Assembly: GCA_016188455.1 (NCBI GenBank)
Contig: JACPHR010000010.1
Coordinates: 3,655-67,654, forward strand
Source of the DNA: Candidatus Tayloriibacteriota bacterium
Lineage (GTDB): Bacteria > Patescibacteriota > Minisyncoccia > Phycocordibacterales > SIBU01
DNA: 64,000 bases
Reading direction: 5' to 3'
The translations under genes and the position numbers were made by a program. The notes beneath the pieces were generated by a model. It was not told where the DNA came from. It saw only the letters and a list, made by a program, of their open reading frames with translations, and did no database searches. Below are positions 9,601 through 16,412 of this stretch, piece by piece. Each line of letters starts with the position of its first letter. The stretch's first letter is position 1.

Positions 9601-11074
9601 GCTCAAAGTTTGAAGGGAAGGGATTGTAGGTAACGGTGGTGCAGAGATTCCCCGTGCTGTCAGCGGTTTTTCGCAACACAACGGTCGTTGTCGCAGTTGA
9701 CGTATTCAACCAAATAATAGTGGTAGTGGAAACCGACTTGTTGAAACCAAAACCTAAAAAGGTCATGTCAATCGGCGCGTTGGTCATGCCGTTGCCCGGA
9801 AACGAGCCTTGCACTTGAAGGGTTGAAATGTCCGTGCCGCCGCCGCCGAAAGGAAACTCATGGGGACTGAAACTGTTCTGGGGATTAGCCGTTGTTTGCG
9901 CCACGAATTCGGTTTTGTTGAAATTCTTGTCAAAGCCGTTGCCTTTTGTGGAATCAACGCCGCCCGTGGCCATTGAGGCGGCAGTGGAGGTGGCAGAGGG
10001 ATAACCTGTTGCAAGACGCTCCAGCGATGAACCGTCTTCAGCGAGAGCGGTGGCGCACGGCGTAGAACTTGCCTCTCCGTTCTCGCAATTGCCAGTCTTT
10101 TGCGCTCCCCAGCCGACATAATCAATGGCCGTTGAAGTGGCGAAGGTGCCTAAACTGCTTGTGGCAATGGATACGCCGCCGTCCGCCAGGATAATGTTGA
10201 AACTGGAAGTGGCAAAGACCGCGTCAAGCGGCACCGAACCGCCGTAGCCGATCTGATTACCAATGAGAAAATAACCATACGACGGGATGACTTTTCTGTA
10301 ATAGGTCAGAGGTATGCCGGGCGTTGAACTGCCGGTGGTATAAAAGGAATGGAGCTGAAGACCTAAGTCGGAGAGGTTAATGTCCGCCTCGCCGGAGTTG
10401 TAAAGCTCCACGAACTCATCGCTGGCGTTCACGGCTGTACCCGACTTGACTTCGCTGATTTTAACCGTGGCGTTTTGATTGAGAGTAACTTTTTTATTTG
10501 AGGCCAGGGCCGTACCGACGACGCTCCCCCCAGCCGTGGTTGAAGCATAGCCCGTCTGGAGTTGCGCGTTGAACGCGTGGCCGTTGGTAATACCGGTTGT
10601 ACCAGTGGTGGATGCCACTAGATAGAAAGTGGTAGGGCTACTGCCAATACTTTCCGCGGTCGTCGGCGTAAGAACAATGAGAGTACTGTTCACAAGCGGG
10701 GTAGTAGAAGCCGCGCCAGCGATAAACGTATCGCTATCAAGCTGAAAACCAGGCTGGCCACCCGCCTCTTTCCAGAGCGAAACGCGAGATATCTCCCCTT
10801 GGGACATGGTGGTTGAAGCGACGATCTGGACTCCCACTTTGCTCAGGGTGTCATTGCCAGTAGACTGGACTAGTTGAAAGTTAAGCAGTGGAATAATCGC
10901 GCCGCCGCCAATGGTGGTAGACGCAAAGAAAGCATCCGTAGGCGGCGCCACTTCGGTAATGGCGGCCGAAGCGGTGGAAGCGCCGAGCGCCAAAAGCAAA
11001 GCGGCAGACAGAAAAATACACGCCTTAAGAGCGTGCTTTCTAACTCGCGACCCCAACCTAAAAGCTCTTGCCAT
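3686..11074 (-). CDS. giant secreted surface protein (lamin-tail domain, Ig-like/Big_5 repeats, carboxypeptidase-regulatory-like repeats, FN3, two C-terminal peptidoglycan-binding domains)
   Basis: signal peptide; KISEV..DEFVELYN; FN3 LSW..GYYIYR..TYYYKISAY; two L.RGARG.DVK.LQ..TGFFGP.T..A...FQ repeats; start uncertain (11074 or 11113). Confidence 0.8.
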   Translation of the reverse strand: MARAFRLGSRVRKHALKACIFLSAALLLALGASTASAAITEVAPPTDAFFASTTIGGGAIIPLLNFQLVQSTGNDTLSKVGVQIVASTTMSQGEISRVSLWKEAGGQPGFQLDSDTFIAGAASTTPLVNSTLIVLTPTTAESIGSSPTTFYLVASTTGTTGITNGHAFNAQLQTGYASTTAGGSVVGTALASNKKVTLNQNATVKISEVKSGTAVNASDEFVELYNSGEADINLSDLGLQLHSFYTTGSSTPGIPLTYYRKVIPSYGYFLIGNQIGYGGSVPLDAVFATSSFNIILADGGVSIATSSLGTFATSTAIDYVGWGAQKTGNCENGEASSTPCATALAEDGSSLERLATGYPSATSTAASMATGGVDSTKGNGFDKNFNKTEFVAQTTANPQNSFSPHEFPFGGGGTDISTLQVQGSFPGNGMTNAPIDMTFLGFGFNKSVSTTTIIWLNTSTATTTVVLRKTADSTGNLCTTVTYNPFPSNFEPSAKCNLTASLSANTSYTFTVTSNVYDLSGNALDQDGFTPGSQSYTATFTTGAAGFTSANVTPPAVMGASPFRGSQNVPTNIGTTTIEFNQSTMDTTTFTNTNIFLSGGLTLGSFSFSTSTGKNILSAGIRGTVAANTQYTLTVGTGVRTLQGIALSTAYTTTFTTGGSTDATAPTIVGVLPTPSTTIAANTNDFVFTFDDNIDSATATSGAVTLGISGGANLPGSVRYDPVSKEGHFTASNVLPVGQTIVLTLKGGALKNISGTALAANVTRSWTVEAANSDISGPAILFVNADEFTVAVTFSEAVNKTDATTLANYTLTVGGVAQTLSALAGHTLTYDESTRTAKLSGLRLTSGAAVTVSATNIKDMSGNLTTTAPMSGSCTVSSATGAGGTGGFVGPGSFTGTTFGEIKDFSASGIGFMPPVSIRPSTSFISASSTYSFELPVAKQIDDGGSIVITLPSSSDFGLCCVATTSAKNPFLASVNSDINGSSDGTIGISAIATSSTAKTITLTLKATGSGITGTRKSGNDEHDFLKFSLADMVNPSIPKGMDSSGYVLDIKSKKSDGTLLESFSGNPIYIGGGAAGGGAVTTIRGTVSGNGGNLTGATIHLMSPQTGPIDAVTDSTGLFTFSNLPVGSQFLTNNFGGGSHYMLFTDPFVSGVSDADGATTTAFFGNTMPTPVQATSSSIITRNFALTATSSAINFTVRLTAAANTFTATENVDVFAGGPGQFVVRTVTPGASALTASTLTVIPIPQFNGSWGIGIGPAMPKGTSGGFSGPPPMPNWSMPKAINVTVTGCPSACVSSVNSFATTSNTFTISTANKTISGVLKDGSGNSIANAMVFAFSPNTDSGGGLGGNTQTSTSGTFSIKVVAGSYVVGAYSPGIGESKKVTVVMDSSGTDVFYIDGSPTASTGSSGANPFILKMVKPGYTITGQVTDGTNPVGNAPVFAYRTDGPGRADAMTDSSTGNYTLYVDGTAANPTTWKVNSFIPGFGPMAEQTVTIAGASQSSINFAPSSSQSFSIYSGNIYEDLDDNNKYATTTEAIVGAVIRLSNSTSVNEGVSGADGAFSIRVPSASGYTIRDIFSPSYGRLAAYNSAGTAIGTIDLSASSTNQYIRVPVRSTVNFTIKDSDGNPLVVSKAFVDLFDKTTGLGNHIEITNASTTSLLIASSTTPSIRAYIQGIPPANISVASDGAQTTVSSGNLSVSHATEAVKITVNTSSTGAALSNIAGTVYKTAATAGNELDGAWIQFVDQTNGVQFGAQATSTGGYSIKAVNGTYQVLVSKPQYVASPVTVTVSGTTTQNFIMTASSLTISGTVTAGGVAAANSFVRAGKIGGGQAITQTDTSGAYTLNVTPGNWRVFAAADGYAEGASASNPVTVNSSQTGINVALTTASSLSSKLATSNTFTDTSAGSFSDASVNTKVNLDANALGASGNSSYITAKETSNYPNTSSVNIIGSKAKDISAFSGGSQVTNLQTGKKADIELTYTKAELTSSSITSTTAVNKLTVMSYSADKGDWETLSTVPTYKDSTGAAVASPSADLSNVSSVTFAAQGTHFSAYALSSQVGVSPPDTPGGLTATAGVTDGSPIALSWGTVSTAEGYYIYRDTSSTGSFPLLANISGGSTLSYSNTSVTAGTTYYYKISAYKSSGASESAASSAVSATVSANAGNAAPGGGGGGGTGAPAPRAQKIYPDGTVVYLDEVGAAAKIAELDKKFKTSTPAPAAVTVPAASVAQASATARLVSPVFNKDLTRGARGEDVKRLQALIAVEQTGFFGPLTEKALKAFQLKHGVIKSEKSAGAGKLGPATRAKINEVFKENAQVPAAPPAAPTPSSGVSAGAPNITRGLVRGARGDDVKALQIFLSADKELYPEGDATGFFGPATQRAVGRFQVKYGIANPGDSGYGDVGPKTRAQLKAMSAASAPAATVETSAGASSASKAAREALEKQIDEAIKRVQELQKQLNSSTAR

Positions 11075-11294
11075 TAAAATGCTCCCGGACCCGACATTGG
11101 AAATGAAAATCATTTTATAAAAAATTAAAATTATAATTCAAATAGAACCGAACGCTCTTTCTTCGACAAGAAAGAACGCGCGGTGAGAAAAATCTCACAA
11201 TGTGCCACTATATTATAAAACTTAGTCCGCCATAACTAAAGGGATGAGTGTGGATAACCCCGCAGCAGGTTTTCCTGTCGTTTTGATCACTCAA

Positions 11295-11330
11295 AATAAA
11301 AGAAAAGCCGGCTGGAAATCCAGACCGGCG
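11295..11330 (-). terminator. intrinsic terminator of the RMF-like gene
   Basis: minus strand GCCGGTCTGG-ATTT-CCAGCCGGC followed by TTTTCTTTTATTTT. Confidence 0.7.
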
Positions 11331-11340
11331 TGGGACTGCC

Positions 11341-11571
11341 CTACTTGCCAACCATTTCAACCGTTCTGGCGACCAGCCAGCCGTGGCGCCAGTCGTCATA
11401 CAAAATGGAATCGCCCATAGCCGGTTTATACGCGGCCGGAAAAGCTTCCAAGGTGAGCCCCCTCTGATAGGCATCCCGACCGCTCTTGAAAGCTTCACTG
11501 CGCTCTCTTTTTGAATGACGAGTAGTCAAAGGACCGACGGGTCGGGCAAGCGGTTTTGAGCTGATAGGCAT
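11341..11571 (-). CDS. small protein with an RMF/CrpP-like motif
   Basis: purine-rich RBS, own terminator; KRERSEAFKSGRDAYQRG....P...W..GW resembles ribosome modulation factor. Confidence 0.6.
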   Translation of the reverse strand: MPISSKPLARPVGPLTTRHSKRERSEAFKSGRDAYQRGLTLEAFPAAYKPAMGDSILYDDWRHGWLVARTVEMVGK

Positions 11572-11815
11572 AGTTATACTCTTTCTTTATTTTGTTGAAC
11601 TGTAATGTTTTCCTCCCCACTTCTCGCGAAGCGGGTAAAACAAAACGAGCTCTTTCCAGAGCTCGTTTCCAGCATCGTTTTATAGTGGGGAGTTTAACGA
11701 TAACAGAAATAAGCTCTGGAACTTTTCGTCCAAAAGCCAAAAAAGAAGAAGGTAAAATTGCTACCCGATTTCATAATTAATATCCTATACAAAGCCTCCA
11801 AAAAAGTCAACCAGG

Positions 11816-12592
11816 TTACTTGAACTTATAAAACACCTTGTTGCCGTATCGCAAGTCAATATAGTCCACCTTGGCCAAGCCGCCTGTCCCGCTAAAACCC
11901 GGGTCAGAAACAATGGTGTGAAAATTGTTGAGAACTGAGGCAAAATCGGCGGCTCGGCTGAAAATAAGCCGTTGGCCGGTAAGCAGTTTCGCTTCAAAAT
12001 CGCCGTCCGGCCGTTCGCGAAACAGAGAAGCCGTAAAACTGAGAGAGGCAAGGTTTTTGGCAAATACCGACAGCGCCCGAAAATCTTCGGCTGAGCCGTA
12101 TGTTTGCCCGACGGGATTTTCCTTGTAAACCGCGGAATAAAATCGGATAAAGGCGGGCGAGGTGCTGGCCGCGGCCGAAAACGGCGCGAAAATCAATCCG
12201 TTGTCGTCCAAAAGATAACACCGCTCTCCCCCGCTGGCCGCCAAGGTTAAGGCCAAGGCTTCGCCTTGGCACCACAGCGCCGAGACTCCGCGTTCAGCCA
12301 CTTCAAGGCCGATGGTATGAAAATTTTCAAAGCCGACGGCAACGCGTTCTATCCGTGGAAAAGTCCGGAGAATATCCGCTTCAATGGCGCTCTTCGGGTA
12401 GAAAAAAATGTTGGCCCGAGAGACGGTGAAAAAATACCGGCCGGCTAAAAATTTTTGAGCGGCCTTGGCGAGGTCGGAAGGCGAAACCGAGGTAGCGATG
12501 GAAACCAAAGCGAAAACCGTCCGACTGACGGCGGCCCTGCGCCGCCTGGCTCTGAGCCGCGCGGATTTGAAATTGTGCTTGCGACTAAGCAT
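11816..12592 (-). CDS. ftsQ: FtsQ/DivIB-like cell division protein (N-terminal TM region apparently shortened)
   Basis: basic N-terminus, POTRA-like FPRIERVAV, C-terminal DYIDLRYGNKVFYK. Confidence 0.7.
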   Translation of the reverse strand: MLSRKHNFKSARLRARRRRAAVSRTVFALVSIATSVSPSDLAKAAQKFLAGRYFFTVSRANIFFYPKSAIEADILRTFPRIERVAVGFENFHTIGLEVAERGVSALWCQGEALALTLAASGGERCYLLDDNGLIFAPFSAAASTSPAFIRFYSAVYKENPVGQTYGSAEDFRALSVFAKNLASLSFTASLFRERPDGDFEAKLLTGQRLIFSRAADFASVLNNFHTIVSDPGFSGTGGLAKVDYIDLRYGNKVFYKFK

Positions 12593-13867
12593 TCAAGATT
12601 GGGAGTTTTTGGCAATCACCGCCTTGCCGAAATATTTTTGCAGCTCTTCGGGAATTGCCACGGAACCGTCGGCCTGCTGATTGTTTTCCACGATAGCCGC
12701 CAAAATGCGCGGCGTTGCCGCCGCCGTGCAGTTTAGCGAATGGGCGTAAAACTTTTTGCCGCCGGCGTTATAGCGAATATTAAAACGGCGGGTCTGAAAA
12801 TCATGGTAGTAGGAGGCGCTGGAAAGTTCTCTGTAGGCTTTCTGCGAGGGCATCCACACTTCGGTATCGTATTGTTTTACTTTGCTCAAAGAGAGCTCGC
12901 CGCCGCAAATCAAAAGCCGGCGGTACGGCAAGCGGAGCGATTCCAAAAATTCCTCAAAATTTCTGTTGATTTCCTCATGAAGTTTGACGGATTCGGCGTG
13001 GTCGGCGACTGAAAGAACGAGCTGTTCCAACTTAAAAAATTCGTGGACGCGAATCAAACCTTTGGTGTCTTTGCCGTAACTGCCCGCTTCCCGCCGGAAA
13101 CAGGGCGAAAAAGCCAGGTATCTTTTTGGCAGCTCCTCTGCTCTGAGAATCTCGTCTCCGTGATAGGCCATCATCGCCACTTCGGCCGTACCCGAAAGAT
13201 AACCGCCGTCTTGGGTGTAATATAAATCTTCCGCCTCTTTCGGCAGATGTCCGGTGGCGTAAAAAAATTCTTTTTTTACGACCGAAGGGGCGATAAAGGC
13301 GGTGAAATTTCTCTTGCCGAAAAATTCCCTGCCGTACTGCCACAGCGCCCAAGAAAGCTCCGCCCCGTCGCCTTTTAGAAAGTAGCCCCGAAAACCGTGC
13401 GTTTTCACGCCGCGCTCAAAATCAGCCATGTGAAGGGCGGTCATGAGTTCAATATGGTCCTTCGGTTCAAAAGCGAAGGCCGGCTTATCGCCCCATGTTT
13501 TGATTTCCGCGTTATCGGCCTCCGTCGCGCCCTCCGGCACCGACATGTCTGGCACATTGGGCACTTGGAGCATCAGGGTCTGCCAATCTTTCATCACCGC
13601 TTTGAGCTCCTCCTCCTCTTTTTGAAGGCTTTCTTTGAGGGCTTTCATGGTCACAATGAAAGCTTCGCGCTCGCCGGCAGTTCCCGCTTTGGCGATTTTG
13701 TCGTTAAAAGAGTTCTGCTCCGCCCGTTTTTTCTCGCTTGAAGTCATAAGCTCGCGCCGGCGGTCGTCAAGCCGCAAAAGCCCGTCAATGTCAACCGCCA
13801 GACGCTTTTTTTTGGCGCCCCGCTCTATGATTTCTTTATTGTCGCGGATAAACTTTATGTCCAACAT
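12593..13867 (-). CDS. serS: seryl-tRNA synthetase
   Basis: MLDIKFIR start, GTAE, FRREAGSYGKDTKGLIRVHEF. Confidence 0.97.
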   Translation of the reverse strand: MLDIKFIRDNKEIIERGAKKKRLAVDIDGLLRLDDRRRELMTSSEKKRAEQNSFNDKIAKAGTAGEREAFIVTMKALKESLQKEEEELKAVMKDWQTLMLQVPNVPDMSVPEGATEADNAEIKTWGDKPAFAFEPKDHIELMTALHMADFERGVKTHGFRGYFLKGDGAELSWALWQYGREFFGKRNFTAFIAPSVVKKEFFYATGHLPKEAEDLYYTQDGGYLSGTAEVAMMAYHGDEILRAEELPKRYLAFSPCFRREAGSYGKDTKGLIRVHEFFKLEQLVLSVADHAESVKLHEEINRNFEEFLESLRLPYRRLLICGGELSLSKVKQYDTEVWMPSQKAYRELSSASYYHDFQTRRFNIRYNAGGKKFYAHSLNCTAAATPRILAAIVENNQQADGSVAIPEELQKYFGKAVIAKNSQS

Positions 13868-13974
13868 AAGAATGTTGTACCGATACCAATATGCTAATGG
13901 TACTAATGATACGAATAACCACCAATGAATACCAAGAAGTATATCGTACTTGGAGAAAAGAAAAAAGCAGCGGA

Positions 13975-14220
13975 TTAGACTGCTTCCCAAGCCTCATCAG
14001 CTATGGCCTTAACGCAAACGGCGATAATCCGGTCGGCCGCGGCATCGCCTAAAATCCGCTTGCCTATGCCGGCAATGCCGACAACATTTGAATCGCGAAA
14101 ATCGCCTCTGGCTTTCTTCAAGCCCAGAGTCAGGGCTGTTTGGAAATATTTCTCGGCTTCTTGCCGTTGCCGCGCCTTGACAAGAGTTAGAAGAGACAGC
14201 TGTAAATCCAACATTTCCAT
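13975..14220 (-). CDS. hypothetical protein (81 aa)
   Basis: AAAGGAAG RBS before ATG 14220; helical ORF. Confidence 0.55.
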   Translation of the reverse strand: MEMLDLQLSLLTLVKARQRQEAEKYFQTALTLGLKKARGDFRDSNVVGIAGIGKRILGDAAADRIIAVCVKAIADEAWEAV

Positions 14221-14292
14221 AAGACTTCCTTTGGGTTGATTGTGATTGGTACAAGCAAAAACCGTACATATGGTATAAAATGGATGAGAAAA

Positions 14293-15171
14293 ATGCAAAA
14301 AGTCCAAACGTCAAGTATCAGAAAACTTGACAGAAAAGATTTTCCCAGACGGCTTTTGGAAATACCCGACTGTCCTGAGAAATTATACATCCGAGGGCAA
14401 TTGCCGCCGGAGGAATATAAGTGGCTCTGCGTGGTCGGCTCGCGAAAGTATTCCGAATACGGCAGGCAGGCGGTGAAAAAAATGATTGGCGGCTTGCGCG
14501 GCTACCCCGTAGTTATCGTCTCTGGGCTGGCGCTTGGCATTGATTCAATCGCTCATCGCGCTGCTTTGGAGGCAGGCTTGCTTACTGTCGCCGTACCTGG
14601 CTCGGGTCTTGACCTAAAAGTTTTATATCCGGCGAGCCACCAGCAACTGGCGGAAAAAATCGTGGCCGCCGGCGGGGCGCTCCTCTCTGAGTTTGAACCG
14701 GCTTTCCAAGCCACGGCCTACAGCTTTCCCCAAAGAAATCGCATCATGGCCGGTCTCTCGGACGCGGCGCTCATCGCGGAAGCGGAACTGAAATCGGGCA
14801 CGCTTATCACTGCCAAATTCGCCGCCGATTACAACCGCGACGTCCTGACAATTCCCGGCTCAATCTTTTCGCAAACCGCCGCCGGACCCCACATGCTCAT
14901 CCGCCTGGGCGCCGCGCCCATTACCTCAAGCGCGGAACTTTTGGACGCTCTCGGTTTTGAACTAAAAACTAAAAACTCACAACTAACAACTGCTTATAAC
15001 GATTGTTCCCCAGATGAACTGAAAATCATCGCGCTTCTTCAAACGCCCCTGCCCCGCGACGAACTTATCCGGGCCATCGGCATGAATGCTCGAGACGCCA
15101 ACATTCTCCTCTCAATGATGGAGCTGAAGGGATTGATTAAAGAAATGATGGGAGAAATTCACTTGGTGTGA
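14293..15171 (+). CDS. dprA: DNA-processing protein DprA
   Basis: VVGSRK, VSGLALGID, FPQRNRIMAGLS, SGTLITA; start approximate. Confidence 0.95.
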   Translation: MQKVQTSSIRKLDRKDFPRRLLEIPDCPEKLYIRGQLPPEEYKWLCVVGSRKYSEYGRQAVKKMIGGLRGYPVVIVSGLALGIDSIAHRAALEAGLLTVAVPGSGLDLKVLYPASHQQLAEKIVAAGGALLSEFEPAFQATAYSFPQRNRIMAGLSDAALIAEAELKSGTLITAKFAADYNRDVLTIPGSIFSQTAAGPHMLIRLGAAPITSSAELLDALGFELKTKNSQLTTAYNDCSPDELKIIALLQTPLPRDELIRAIGMNARDANILLSMMELKGLIKEMMGEIHLV

Positions 15172-15234
15172 TAAAAAAGCCGTTCCGAGAATGTCGGAAC
15201 GACTTGGGTATGGGGGCAATAGCAACTGGCTATC

Positions 15235-15759
15235 TCACCTCATCATCTCATGTTGGAACTCTTTGTAGCGTTTCCGCAAAAGATTCGCCACCTTGCGCGC
15301 GAAGTCGTTCAAGGCAGTCTTGGATAAAAGGTCCGCCGGCGTCAGAAGCAGGTCGGTTTTCTTCTGGCCGGAGCGAATCTTATCGCGATTGGTCGTAAGA
15401 TCAACGGTGACGATAACTTTTGTCCCGGCCAGTTTGAAATAACAGTCAACGCCCCAATGAATGTCTATGGGGGTGCCCAAGGCATTGCCCAGCTCGACCT
15501 GAATCAGAGGCTTGAGACGGAGCGCGTTTTGAACTGCCTGCTGTATTTCAAGCGCCGTGATGGTAGGCGGGCTACCGGGGTTCCAAGTGCCGGCGCGCAG
15601 TTTATTCGCGGCATTGGCTTCCGCCTGCGTTAAGCTATCGGCAAAAGAGAGTTGGGGTACCCGACCGGCCTGCTCTCTGGTGAGCGGGACCGTCTCGCCA
15701 AAAATCATCAACTCAAACCTTCGGCCGCGCGCCCTCACCATCGCGTTGTTAACTTTCAT
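15235..15759 (-). CDS. hypothetical protein (possible PD-(D/E)xK-like fold)
   Basis: AAAGGGGG RBS; GTPID..GVD.....VTVDLT..K pattern. Confidence 0.65.
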   Translation of the reverse strand: MKVNNAMVRARGRRFELMIFGETVPLTREQAGRVPQLSFADSLTQAEANAANKLRAGTWNPGSPPTITALEIQQAVQNALRLKPLIQVELGNALGTPIDIHWGVDCYFKLAGTKVIVTVDLTTNRDKIRSGQKKTDLLLTPADLLSKTALNDFARKVANLLRKRYKEFQHEMMR

Positions 15760-15948
15760 GATTCACTTCACCCCCTTTCTTGTTTCTTTACTGCCTTCAT
15801 TTAAGCACCTCGGCCTTCAAAATGCAAACTCTTTGGCGACCTTACCGCTTATCCACTTTGTATGCACAGTTTTTCCCCTTGAGCAACCTTGCCAAAAAAA
15901 CCAGCCGTGTTACTCTGCCCACCGGAAGTAGTTCAAGCCAAGCACTAA

Positions 15949-16116
15949 ATGAAGGACAGAAAAATCGCCATCGCGCTCGCCAAAAGCGCCGCCCGCGCTC
16001 GCGAGCTGGAACATCACCCCAAACTCAAGGGACAAACAATTCATTTCACCGTTGAATCAAGAACCGCGAAAGCGAGCGATTTGATAACTCGGCCAAACCG
16101 GTTCGCGTTGATTTGA
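15949..16116 (+). CDS. possible small protein or gene fragment (55 aa, MKDRKIAIALAKS..)
   Basis: ORF read by hand, host-like codon usage, ends just before a strong palindrome. Confidence 0.35.
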   Translation: MKDRKIAIALAKSAARARELEHHPKLKGQTIHFTVESRTAKASDLITRPNRFALI

Positions 16117-16125
16117 CCGCGGGAT

Positions 16126-16161
16126 GCCCCGCCCCGTTCGCCGCGGCGAACGGGGCGGGGC
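16126..16161. repeat. perfect 36-bp GC-rich palindrome (CCCCGCCCCG family; relatives at 28870-28904, 42484-42509, 43717-43737)
   Basis: GCCCCGCCCCGTTCGCCG|CGGCGAACGGGGCGGGGC. Confidence 0.8.
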
Positions 16162-16412
16162 GGAAGGTTCGCTTTCATTGTGCCACAATCAGTGGCACTT
16201 TTCTTTTGCGAAAATTTATCTCTTCGCTTTACATCTCGCCTTACAGCTTCACCCTTTCCTTCATACACCAATTATACACGGCCGTGTAGGATTGGTGTAT
16301 ACAACTTCACTGCGAGGTTTGCAAAAAATTTTGATTGCGCCGCGCCCTGTTAGATATTTTCAGTTCAGCTAAACTTGCCTCAAACGGCAATATGTGTAAA
16401 TCTTAATCAATC

